Positions 37,071 to 45,279 of a stretch of 48,645 nt of DNA are shown here, in pieces. Where the stretch lies: assembly GCA_001785805.1 (NCBI GenBank), contig MFUU01000010.1, positions 1,936-50,580 on the forward strand, written 5' to 3'. Numbering within the stretch: the first letter of the stretch is position 1; every line of letters begins with the position of its first letter. The notes under the pieces are model-generated. The model was not told the DNA's origin and made no database searches. It saw nothing but the letters and a program-made list of their open reading frames with translations. This DNA comes from Candidatus Nomurabacteria bacterium RIFCSPLOWO2_01_FULL_39_17 (GTDB lineage: Bacteria > Patescibacteriota > Minisyncoccia > Phycocordibacterales > UBA9973). The position numbers were made by a program, and so were the translations under genes.

Positions 37071-39296
37071 TTATATTATATTATCACCATTTTCGTCGCG
37101 CATTATTTTTTCTAATACTTCTCTCGGCTTGGCGCCGTCCCCGGGTCCTATCACTCCGCGCTCTTCCAATTTATCCATCAGCCTGGCCGCCCGCGCATAC
37201 CCCAACTTTAATTTTCTCTGCAAATATGAAGTTGAAGCTTTGCCTGCTTCTACTACGCACATCCTTGCTTCCTCATACATTTCATCGTCGTCAGCACCTT
37301 CATCTTCGAGCGTGCTTTCGAAAATACTTTTTTCTGCCGAAATACTTCCGGAAGTTATAGAAATTTCTTCCGACACTTCGTCTCTATACGTATCTGCCAG
37401 ATATTTGACAACTTTCTTTACTTCACTCTCCGAAATAAAAGCGGATTGCAGTCGTTCCGGCTGGGCATCTCCCGAAGAATAGAGCATATCGCCGGCACCC
37501 AACAACTTCTCTGCTCCGCCCGTGTCAAGGATTGTGCGTGAATCAACTTGTGAAGAAACTTTCAACGCAATGCGGGCAGGAATGTTGGCTTTAATCAAAC
37601 CGGTGATAACATTTACTTCCGGACGCTGGGTTGAGAGAATAAGATGTATGCCCACCGCTCTGGACATTTGCGCCAGCCGCACGATGGCGGATTCAAGCTC
37701 TCTCGGGTAAGTGCTCATTATATCTGCCAATTCGTCTATTATGATAATAATATATGGCAGGCGGTCGGCATTTTCCACCATCTCGCCCGCGCCATTAGCT
37801 TTGGTTTTCTTCGGGTCTTTGTTGAAGACATTGTTATGATAAGACTCTATATCTCTCACGGATTCTGCTTCCAATATGTCATAGCGTCGGTCCATTTCTT
37901 TGGCTGCCCATTTAAGCGCTAATATAGTTTTCTTTGCTTCGGTTATAACGGGGGTAAGCAAGTGGGGGATATTCTTATAAAGAGTAAGTTCTACGCGTTT
38001 CGGGTCTATCATTATCAATTTTAAGTCGTCCGGGCCATTTTTATATAAAAGGGAAGTGATTATAGAGTGTATCGTGACTGATTTTCCAGAACCGGTTGCT
38101 CCAGCCACTAGGCAATGTGGCATTTTTACCAGAGTGTCAAACATCGCCTTGCCGGAAATAGCGCGGCCCAGCGCTATGGTAAGGGGTTTTGAAGCATTTT
38201 TGAATTTATCATCCGCGAGGAGGGTAGCAAGCCCGACCAGCGATTTTGTTCTATTGGGAATCTCGATACCGACTAATGATTTTCCGGGAATCGGAGCCTC
38301 TATTCTTATCGGATGGGCAGCCAGAGCAAGCGCCAAATCATTTTGCAGTCCGACTATCCTTGAGAGCTTCATTCCTTCGGCCGGTTTTAGGGCATAACGA
38401 GTGACCGTGGGGCCAATGGTTATTTCATCCATCTCAACTTCAATGCCGAAGTTGGCAAGTGTGCGTTTGATAATATTTGCGTTAGCCTTGATGTCGCCGG
38501 TGTTTGGTTTGCCCCTGTCTTCTTCAAGTAACGAAAGCGGAGGGGGAACATAATTAGGCGTTAGGCCATAGGCTTTAGGCTTTAGCTTTTTAAATTCAAT
38601 TTCTTCCATTGCCTCGCCATAGCTTTCAGCGTCGGCGGGTTCATCTTTACTTTTCTTTTTTCCGACACCCAATGCACTTTTGATTTTTTCTTTTGTGGTT
38701 AACTCCTCTTCTTCTGACATAGATTTTTCAACTTCCTCTATCTCATCTTCATTTAAGGTTAAAACCGGTTCTTCTTTCCTCTTTCTTTTTATTAATGACC
38801 AAATTTTAGCAAAAATCGGCGTGAATATCGGTCTAGCATCGAACATTACAAGAATTGAAATTATTAAAAGCGCGCCCAAAAGAACGATACTTGCATAACT
38901 ATCAAAAAGAAATATGAATGGGGTAGATAAAACCCTCCCCAAGAATCCGCCCGAGTGTTCGCCCGAAGCGACATCAATAATACCGAGAGAAGAAAGAAGG
39001 AAAATTACAGAACTTATGGTTCGCGTCCATCCGATATTTGGAGTTTCCGATTTTAAAAACGAAGATCCGAGCAGCATAAAGAGAGAGGGAAGCAGTATAT
39101 ATCCGACACCCAGTAAATAGTGCAGGTTTTCATAAAAGAATTTTCCAGCTACTCCCGCCACGTTAAATGCAGACATCAAAAAAAATAATGCTAAAACGAA
39201 AAACACAATCGCTAAAATACTGTGCTTAGTTTCAGTTTTTAACTTATTAGTTGGAAAATTATTTTTAGAATATCTTTGTCTGTCTTTTTTTGCCAT
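37071..39296 (-). CDS. ftsK: DNA translocase FtsK/SpoIIIE
   Basis: 741 aa. N-terminal TM segments, acidic/basic linker, Walker A GATGSGKS, IIIDELAD, C-terminal gamma wHTH SYLQRKLKLGYARAARLMD. Confidence 0.92.
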   Translation of the reverse strand: MAKKDRQRYSKNNFPTNKLKTETKHSILAIVFFVLALFFLMSAFNVAGVAGKFFYENLHYLLGVGYILLPSLFMLLGSSFLKSETPNIGWTRTISSVIFLLSSLGIIDVASGEHSGGFLGRVLSTPFIFLFDSYASIVLLGALLIISILVMFDARPIFTPIFAKIWSLIKRKRKEEPVLTLNEDEIEEVEKSMSEEEELTTKEKIKSALGVGKKKSKDEPADAESYGEAMEEIEFKKLKPKAYGLTPNYVPPPLSLLEEDRGKPNTGDIKANANIIKRTLANFGIEVEMDEITIGPTVTRYALKPAEGMKLSRIVGLQNDLALALAAHPIRIEAPIPGKSLVGIEIPNRTKSLVGLATLLADDKFKNASKPLTIALGRAISGKAMFDTLVKMPHCLVAGATGSGKSVTIHSIITSLLYKNGPDDLKLIMIDPKRVELTLYKNIPHLLTPVITEAKKTILALKWAAKEMDRRYDILEAESVRDIESYHNNVFNKDPKKTKANGAGEMVENADRLPYIIIIIDELADIMSTYPRELESAIVRLAQMSRAVGIHLILSTQRPEVNVITGLIKANIPARIALKVSSQVDSRTILDTGGAEKLLGAGDMLYSSGDAQPERLQSAFISESEVKKVVKYLADTYRDEVSEEISITSGSISAEKSIFESTLEDEGADDDEMYEEARMCVVEAGKASTSYLQRKLKLGYARAARLMDKLEERGVIGPGDGAKPREVLEKIMRDENGDNII

Positions 39297-39400
39297 AAAA
39301 TTAAGGAATGTTAATGACTATAATTTTTGAGCATCCGCCCCCTGGAGGACTGCCATTGATGTATTTTAACACACTAAATTTTCTTGGCATACTCTGTTCT

Positions 39401-39467
39401 GTTGCTTGCATTTTTTTTCCCTACATACGGCCCAGCCGAATTCCTCGCTCGAAAAAATGTAAGCAAC
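39401..39467. repeat. Degenerate hairpin element related to families 1 and 2
   Basis: Arms GTTGCTTGCATTTTTT / AAAAAATGTAAGCAAC around TCCCTACATACGGCCCAGCCGAATTCCTCGCTCG. The core partly aligns with the TCCCTATCCCGGCCAAACCATTC part of copy E. Confidence 0.45.
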
Positions 39468-39481
39468 TTCATCTGAGTCTT

Positions 39482-39583
39482 CCGGAAACAAATTTTTAAG
39501 GGGTTTGGCGAGCGACGGCGAACCAATTTCAGGATTTTTCAAGCTTCGAAAAATCCGTACCGGCAAAAATTTCGGTTTCTGGA
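39482..39583 (-). repeat. Family 2 nested-hairpin element, copy 3 (inverted)
   Basis: GGGGTTTGGCGAGCGACGGCGAACC...AGGATTTTTCAAGCTTCGAAAAATCCGTACCGGC aligns with the reverse complement of copy 1. Outer arms CCGGAAACAAATTTTT / AAAAATTTCGGTTTCTGG. Confidence 0.6.
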
Positions 39584-39620
39584 AAACTCTAAATTAACTT
39601 GCCTTTTTTCTTGTCCTATA

Positions 39621-39626
39621 TATAAT
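39621..39626 (+). promoter_or_regulatory. -10 box TATAAT, 6 nt upstream of ATG 39633
   Basis: Perfect hexamer. No Shine-Dalgarno. Confidence 0.35.
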
Positions 39627-39632
39627 GGACAA

Positions 39633-40418
39633 ATGTTTGGAGATCAAAAAGACACACAGAAAAATCTCAAAGACTCCGAAAATAAGTCCGTAACACCCTA
39701 CGGAGCTAGCTCTCAAGGCATGCCTTTTATGTTGTCTTATACGAAGACAAATAAGCTTATTACAGCGCTTTATATGGTAACGGACATAATAGACAAAGAA
39801 GAACCATTGAGGAATAAATTAAGGACATTAGGAACTGGGATTATATCAGACATCAATACCGCGCCAATCAACATTTGCAGTAAGATATCTGAAATAATGT
39901 CCTTTTTAGATATTGCCGGAGCGGTTAATATCATATCTTCAATGAATTGCAATATTTTAAGAAAAGAGTTTATGGAACTGGATCAATCTATAAGAGAGTC
40001 TACTAATACAGTTGGGAGCATAAGTAAACAAATAAATCTTTCGGAATTTTTCACAGGAGAACTTTCTCCCAAGCTAGATAGAAAACAATCCAAATCTATT
40101 GGACATAAGAATTCAGCAAGACTTGGTGTCCAAAAGGGCGGTACTTTAATGCAAGCTCTGTCCGATACGACTTTAAACAGTCCAAACACAGTTGCCCCTA
40201 ACGTTTTTAAAAAGGAAAGACGTGAAGAAATAATTAAAATTATTAAAAATAGTTCAAATGGGACTACTATAACGGACATTAAAACCCAAGCGAGCGGGCC
40301 CCTTGTTTCTTGTAGTGAGAAAACTCTTCAAAGAGAGTTGATTTCTATGGTAAAAGACAATGTCCTTTATAAAACAGGAAAGAAACGCTGGAGTCGATAT
40401 TTTTTAGCTAGGCCTTAG
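39633..40418 (+). CDS. Putative transcriptional regulator with a C-terminal winged-helix domain
   Basis: 261 aa. The C-terminal TITDIKTQASGPLVSCSEKTLQRELISMVKDNVLYKTGKKRWSRYFL resembles a wHTH. The N-terminal helical region LITALYMVTDII...EPLRNKLR is of unknown family. Confidence 0.5.
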   Translation: MFGDQKDTQKNLKDSENKSVTPYGASSQGMPFMLSYTKTNKLITALYMVTDIIDKEEPLRNKLRTLGTGIISDINTAPINICSKISEIMSFLDIAGAVNIISSMNCNILRKEFMELDQSIRESTNTVGSISKQINLSEFFTGELSPKLDRKQSKSIGHKNSARLGVQKGGTLMQALSDTTLNSPNTVAPNVFKKERREEIIKIIKNSSNGTTITDIKTQASGPLVSCSEKTLQRELISMVKDNVLYKTGKKRWSRYFLARP

Positions 40419-40428
40419 CCACTAGGCG

Positions 40429-40472
40429 TTAGGCTTTAGTTTTTTGCATTAAGCTAGTTGCCTAAAGCCTAA
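40429..40472 (+). terminator. Hairpin after the regulator gene (11-bp perfect stem, 22-nt loop); possible terminator
   Basis: TTAGGCTTTAG ... CTAAAGCCTAA. There is no clear U-tract after the stem, so terminator function is uncertain. Confidence 0.3.
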
Positions 40473-40566
40473 AAGCTAGGGTCTATTTTCTTGCTTTTAA
40501 ATTAGAAATATGCGAATATAGATTTACGGATGATTTTACCCTTCCCCTTCAAAAAGGGTGAATTGT

Positions 40567-40580
40567 AAGTTATCCACATA
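40567..40580 (+). promoter_or_regulatory. AAGTTATCCACATA motif (contains the consensus DnaA-box 9-mer TTATCCACA), 31 nt upstream of a TATAAT
   Basis: The identical 14-mer recurs at 46854-46867 in the same position relative to a -10 box, upstream of the other large surface-protein gene. Confidence 0.4.
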
Positions 40581-40609
40581 ATATATTGCCGTGTTTTATG
40601 GCTATATTA

Positions 40610-40615
40610 TATAAT
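40610..40615 (+). promoter_or_regulatory. -10 box TATAAT of the putative S-layer gene promoter (about 370-nt leader)
   Basis: Perfect hexamer downstream of the shared 14-mer. Long non-coding stretch up to ATG 40986. Confidence 0.35.
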
Positions 40616-40985
40616 ACTCCTGTATTACGGACCGCGTATTTCTGCGTATTCCGTATTTACGGTTTTCGTTTGTTTTCGCTCACGATTTCGTCGAAAAAAT
40701 CTTGAGGGAGGACAAGCCCAACAAAAGATCAAAAATTTGTTTGGGTAAGTCCGTACACTTAATAGTTAAGTGTTCGGATAAAAGTAAGGTCATTGAAAAC
40801 AAAATACGAGAATTCTTGCATTTTTTGCAAGAAGAGTTTTGTTTTCAGTTTAGTTCAAATCTGTTCATTATTGTATATATCCGTCGCATTAATAATATTT
40901 ATCAAATATAGGCGGGTTAAAAATAATGAAAGGAAAAATACGCCTTTAGTTTTGTCGAAACTAATTAATGGCGTAGAAAAAAATT

Positions 40986-43900
40986 ATGAGTAAATTATTA
41001 AAGTTAAAATCTGCTAAGATAGCAATTACTTTGATGCTTGGCGTAGCCATGCTTTCTGTTGGAGGGACAGCTAACGCTGCTCTTACTACAGATCAAGTAA
41101 ATGCGATTTTAGCCCTGCTTAACTCTTTTGGAGCAGATGCGGCTACGGTAGCGAATGTTTCTGCATCTTTGACTGGCGGTACTCCTGTAGTATCTCAGCC
41201 ATCTTCACTTAACTTCGGTACGGTGACTCTAAAGGTAGGAAGCAAAGGAGATTATGTTAAAAATCTTCAAACGTTAGTTGGCGCTGTAGCCGACGGAAAC
41301 TTTGGTCCTATAACCAAAGCTAAAGTTATGGCTTGGCAATCAGCTAATGGTTTAACAGCTGACGGTGTCTTCGGTCCTGTTTCAAGAGCTAAGGCTATGG
41401 GGGGCAGTACTGCAGTAGTTACCCCTCCCGTAGTTTCAAATCCTACAGGTCCGGTAGCAGTAGTGCTTTCTTCAGACACTCCGGCATCCGGCACAGTAGT
41501 AACATCGGCAACTAGCTCGCAAGCTGGCGTTGATCTTGCTCACTTTGTCTTTACCGGTAGCGGCACAGTTACAAATCTAACCTTGAAAAGAATCGGTATT
41601 TCTTCCGACTCTTTGTTAAACGATATTTACCTCTATGATGGTAGTACTCGTTTGACAGACAGTTCATCTGTAACTAGTGGAAGCGTGATTACTTTCAACG
41701 ACCCGACCGGATTATTTGTTGTAAATGGTTCAAGAGTCATTTCAGTTCGCGCTGACCTTGCTCTTACCGCTACGACAGGTGAGACAGTCGGTGTTCAGCT
41801 TACTGGATACACGGCTTCCGGCCAGACTGCAGTTGTGCTCTCAAGTCCTCTTTCAGGTAACTTGATGAATACGGCTGGAGCATCACTAGGCGCTGTTGCC
41901 TTCGGAACTGTCACACCTACAGCCAATACCGCCCTTAATCCGGGATTGGATATTGTTGGTTGGCAGAGTACAGCTACAATTACAACTCGCGACGCTTGGT
42001 TGACTCGTTTCGCCATCAACGTTACTGGTTCTGTGGCAAAAGCTGATTTGCAAAATTTCCGTTTGATTATCGGCAGTACGACAGTAGCTACTGTCGCTTC
42101 TGCAGATGACGACGGATTTGTAACCTTCGTTCCGGCAACTCCATACAAAATGATTACCGGTAGTTCAACTTTTAAAGTCATGGTGGATGTTATCGGCGGA
42201 GCGTCTAAGAACTTCACGCTTAAATTCAAGAGTAAAACGGATATTGGTCTAGTTGATAGCCAATACAATGTTGCATTCTTGGCCTCGGACACGCTTTCAG
42301 ACCTTACGGGTTTTCAACAGACTATCATCGGTGGTACGATGACAGTACAGAAGGATGTTACTTCTCCTTCATCTACCGTTGTCCTAAGTGGCACAGACGT
42401 AGTTCTGGCTAAATACAAGGTTACAACCTACGGTGAAGCGGTTAAAGCGGACACTCTTACTGTTGACTTCACATCTTCAAACGCTGATGCCGTTCTGCGT
42501 AACGGTCGCGTGCTTGTAGATGGTCAGCAAGTAGGCAGTACCGCTAACATCAATCGTGATGCGGACACTACGGCTACCGATGCCGGTACCGCATATAACA
42601 TCAATTACACCTTCCAGCCCGGAACTTCTATGATAGAAGTTCGCGCTGACGTATATGCTGCGAGTGGCACTGCGCTTGCCAACGGACACACCATCTTGAT
42701 TAGCTTGTATGGCGATGCAACCTTGAACAACGCTACAGGAAAAGTTTCTGGCAATACCATAGACTTCCCTGGGGCTGCTAATATTGCCGCAAATACTTTG
42801 ACTGTCGGTGTTGGTACCCTTACTCTTGCGAAAAATCAGGGCTATGGTGACCAGACGGCTGTTCTTCCTGCAACCGCAGTAGAGCTTGCTCGTTTCACCT
42901 TGACCTCCGGGTCAAATGAATCTATCAATGTTGATACGATTACTTTGGCTCTCACCGGTACAGGTACGCCTGCGGATGATGTAACGAATGTTTTTGTTAC
43001 CTACGGTACAAAGACCTCTTCAGTCAAACCTATTGGCGCAGCCAGCCAATCATGGTCAGTTTCCGAGACGATTGCCGCCAATGCAACAATGACCTTTAAA
43101 GTCTTTGCTGACCTTGGTACTACTCTTAGTACGAACACAGTTATCTCCACGCTTACAGTTGCTGGAACCACAAATTCTGGAACTACTGCAAGTACGGGAG
43201 CTGTTGTAGGTCAGACAACAACTGGCGCCACGTCCGGAGCTCTTAGCGTTTACCTTGACAGTACTACTCCTCAGGCCGCGCAAGTTGTGGCTGGGATGAC
43301 AGATTCAACCGGTATGTTGAAACTCAAGCTTTCCGGCACCAATGAAGATATCTATGTCAAGAAAGTTACTCTATACGCAGATACAACTGCCAATAGCGTG
43401 GCTATTTCTTCTCTGGACCTTATGTGGTCCGCAACATCTGCCGGCACCTATGCTTCTGTTGGTACTGCTCAGACCATCAGCAATGATGGTACGAATCCCG
43501 GTAGTGCTACCTGGAACCTTACCGGCACAGGTCGCGTAACAGTTCCTGCTAACGGTAGCGTATACCTGAAAGCGGTTCCGACTTATGTTTCAAGCGGTGA
43601 GGCAGCAGTTTCCGGACTTACTCCTAAATTGTTCTTAGGAACATTAGAGGCGGAAGGCGTTGCTACGCTTACTGCTGGTGGTTCTGCTCTCATAAACTCA
43701 ACCGGTATTCTTGTTCACGCAAACAGCACCGCTGTTGGCGGACGCTCATATGTTGATTCAACATTTACTGATGCAGCCGCTATTGTGGCTGCTACAGCGA
43801 CGACAATCACTCCTAACGGTGGTGTATTCCAGCCAGGCGATATCATCTTCGTAGATAACGACGGTGGTAGTGATTGGGACCCAACAACGGAAGAGTTAAT

Positions 43901-45110
43901 GGTTGTTCTTATTGATAATGGCGGAACACTTACTGTAACTCGTGGCGCATTCGGCACAACCGCTACAGCAATGGATGCAGACGCCGATAAGATCTATCGT
44001 TTAAACAACACTATTGCATCAGCAACCAATGCCGGTATCATTGGTAATGCAATGACAGTTCTCAATACCAAGCTTAGTGTTGCCCTCAAATCCGATTCTC
44101 CGTCTGGAGCATCTAACGGCGCTTCAGCTATGTATGTGTTCGGCTTCACGGTTTCAGCCGCAAACAATTCAGCTGATACTGCGGCCAATACCGCAACATT
44201 AACTTATGTTGATATCACAGCTAGCAAGTCTTCTAACGCAAGTGCCAACGTAGCCAATATGTTATTGTATCCTTCTGAATACGATAATAATGGTACTTAT
44301 GTCACGACTTGTGTCGGTCTCTCAGCTACGAAATGGCGATGTACTTTGAGTTCAGCCGGTGCTACAAACGAGATTGATGAAAATACTTCACGAAGTTATG
44401 TAGTTCGCGCTGATATCGGATTTGCCGCTAATGGTAATGTAAAGTTTAGCTTTGCAGCTCTTGGTTCATCTTCCACTACACTAAATCTTGTTGCAGGAAA
44501 TAGCGTAAGTTGGAGTGATGGCTTGACTGCAACTACAACCGCTCAACAGTGGGTAAATCAAGCAACATCTATCATCAACGGCGGTCAATTGTCTTCAGTC
44601 TTGGCATCTGGCACAACTGAAACAACTGCTCCAGTAATTGCTAGCGCTACCTTAACCTCAAGTGGAACTACCGATGATTTAGTTGATGCCGGTGATGTTA
44701 TATTGATTGTATTTAGTGAAATGGTTGATGCCTCCACCATAAACACAACCATGGTTCCTGGTGGTTCTGCTGTAGAAGACGTAGTTGCTACAAGTACTGG
44801 TACGATTACAATGTCAACTGCTGGTGTTGTAACTGTTGCCGGTATTGCCACATTTGATGTTTCATCGGGTGCTGGTGAAACCGCTGTGACTGCAAGTACT
44901 GTAGATCTTTCCCTAAACTCAACAGGAAAGCAATTGACAATTACCCTTGCTTCTGTGACTGGTGCTGTTGCGTTAGTTGACGCAAAAGCTCCTGATACGC
45001 TAGCTGATGTTGCCGGTACGGTAAAAGATATGCAGGGCACCGCTTTGGCGGGAGCTGCTGCTACAGATACGACCCCAACTATTGCTGGTGGTGGTACCTC
45101 GGGATTCTAG
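40986..45110 (+). CDS. Secreted, peptidoglycan-anchored S-layer-like surface protein
   Basis: 1374 aa. Signal peptide ending TANA/AL. PG_binding_1-like motif GSKGDYVKNLQTLVGAVADGNFGPITKAKVMAWQSANGLTADGVFGP. The remaining ~1200 aa are Thr/Ala/Ser/Gly/Val-rich and beta-like. Followed by a strong terminator. Confidence 0.8.
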   Translation: MSKLLKLKSAKIAITLMLGVAMLSVGGTANAALTTDQVNAILALLNSFGADAATVANVSASLTGGTPVVSQPSSLNFGTVTLKVGSKGDYVKNLQTLVGAVADGNFGPITKAKVMAWQSANGLTADGVFGPVSRAKAMGGSTAVVTPPVVSNPTGPVAVVLSSDTPASGTVVTSATSSQAGVDLAHFVFTGSGTVTNLTLKRIGISSDSLLNDIYLYDGSTRLTDSSSVTSGSVITFNDPTGLFVVNGSRVISVRADLALTATTGETVGVQLTGYTASGQTAVVLSSPLSGNLMNTAGASLGAVAFGTVTPTANTALNPGLDIVGWQSTATITTRDAWLTRFAINVTGSVAKADLQNFRLIIGSTTVATVASADDDGFVTFVPATPYKMITGSSTFKVMVDVIGGASKNFTLKFKSKTDIGLVDSQYNVAFLASDTLSDLTGFQQTIIGGTMTVQKDVTSPSSTVVLSGTDVVLAKYKVTTYGEAVKADTLTVDFTSSNADAVLRNGRVLVDGQQVGSTANINRDADTTATDAGTAYNINYTFQPGTSMIEVRADVYAASGTALANGHTILISLYGDATLNNATGKVSGNTIDFPGAANIAANTLTVGVGTLTLAKNQGYGDQTAVLPATAVELARFTLTSGSNESINVDTITLALTGTGTPADDVTNVFVTYGTKTSSVKPIGAASQSWSVSETIAANATMTFKVFADLGTTLSTNTVISTLTVAGTTNSGTTASTGAVVGQTTTGATSGALSVYLDSTTPQAAQVVAGMTDSTGMLKLKLSGTNEDIYVKKVTLYADTTANSVAISSLDLMWSATSAGTYASVGTAQTISNDGTNPGSATWNLTGTGRVTVPANGSVYLKAVPTYVSSGEAAVSGLTPKLFLGTLEAEGVATLTAGGSALINSTGILVHANSTAVGGRSYVDSTFTDAAAIVAATATTITPNGGVFQPGDIIFVDNDGGSDWDPTTEELMVVLIDNGGTLTVTRGAFGTTATAMDADADKIYRLNNTIASATNAGIIGNAMTVLNTKLSVALKSDSPSGASNGASAMYVFGFTVSAANNSADTAANTATLTYVDITASKSSNASANVANMLLYPSEYDNNGTYVTTCVGLSATKWRCTLSSAGATNEIDENTSRSYVVRADIGFAANGNVKFSFAALGSSSTTLNLVAGNSVSWSDGLTATTTAQQWVNQATSIINGGQLSSVLASGTTETTAPVIASATLTSSGTTDDLVDAGDVILIVFSEMVDASTINTTMVPGGSAVEDVVATSTGTITMSTAGVVTVAGIATFDVSSGAGETAVTASTVDLSLNSTGKQLTITLASVTGAVALVDAKAPDTLADVAGTVKDMQGTALAGAAATDTTPTIAGGGTSGF

Positions 45111-45156
45111 TTCTAAGTTAATCTAAATTTTGTAGAGGTCGAATACTACAAACTTC

Positions 45157-45186
45157 AAAAAACACCCCTTCAGGGGTGTTTTTTGT
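45157..45186 (+). terminator. Rho-independent terminator
   Basis: AAAAAACACCCC-TTCA-GGGGTGTTTTTTG: GC stem, 4-nt loop, T-run. Lies 47 nt after the stop codon. Confidence 0.85.
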
Positions 45187-45214
45187 TTGCTTCCTTTTCC
45201 CTCTGGGCATCTTT

Positions 45215-45256
45215 CCCCACCAACAAGACTAGCAAGGACAGTCCTTGCTAGTGGGG
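45215..45256. repeat. Left flanking palindrome of the RAYT gene
   Basis: CCCCAC(caacaaga)CTAGCAAGGAC-A-GTCCTTGCTAGTGGGG. The left arm carries an 8-nt bulge. Confidence 0.8.
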
Positions 45257-45267
45257 AGGGATAGGAT

Positions 45268-45273
45268 TATAAT
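45268..45273 (+). promoter_or_regulatory. -10 box TATAAT, 6 nt upstream of ATG 45280
   Basis: Perfect hexamer. No Shine-Dalgarno. Confidence 0.3.
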
Positions 45274-45279
45274 TAAATA

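Noticed and set aside
38553-38595. Similarity of the ftsK linker sequence TAGGCGTTAGGC...TTTAG to the hairpin arm at 40424-40439, as a possible third in-frame element
   Set aside because: The exact match is only 12 nt plus a few scattered bases, which is within chance expectation for a window this size. There is no complementary arm in ftsK.
39308-39566. ORFs 39308-39499 (+) and 39366-39566 (-) in the ftsK/regulator spacer
   Set aside because: They overlap each other on opposite strands and are composed of repeat-element sequence. They show no coding signature.
40848-40870. tRNA-like T-loop sequence GTTCAAATC
   Set aside because: The flanking bases cannot form a T-stem, and no acceptor or anticodon arms can be drawn. 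No tRNA gene is supported anywhere in the window.
40702-40993. ORFs 40702-40911 and 40793-40993 in the S-layer gene leader
   Set aside because: They use non-ATG or context-less starts, have odd composition, overlap each other and coincide with predicted leader hairpins. The region is treated as 5' UTR; a small ORF cannot be fully excluded.
41267-45040. Minus-strand ORFs inside the S-layer-like gene (41267-41494, 41795-42292, 42477-42689, 43056-43283, 43715-43957, 43994-44188, 44585-45040), plus the + strand ORF 43342-43539
   Set aside because: They are antisense or out of frame to a 1374-codon ORF whose ACN/GCN/GGN codon bias suppresses stops on the opposite strand. They have no start context or motifs.
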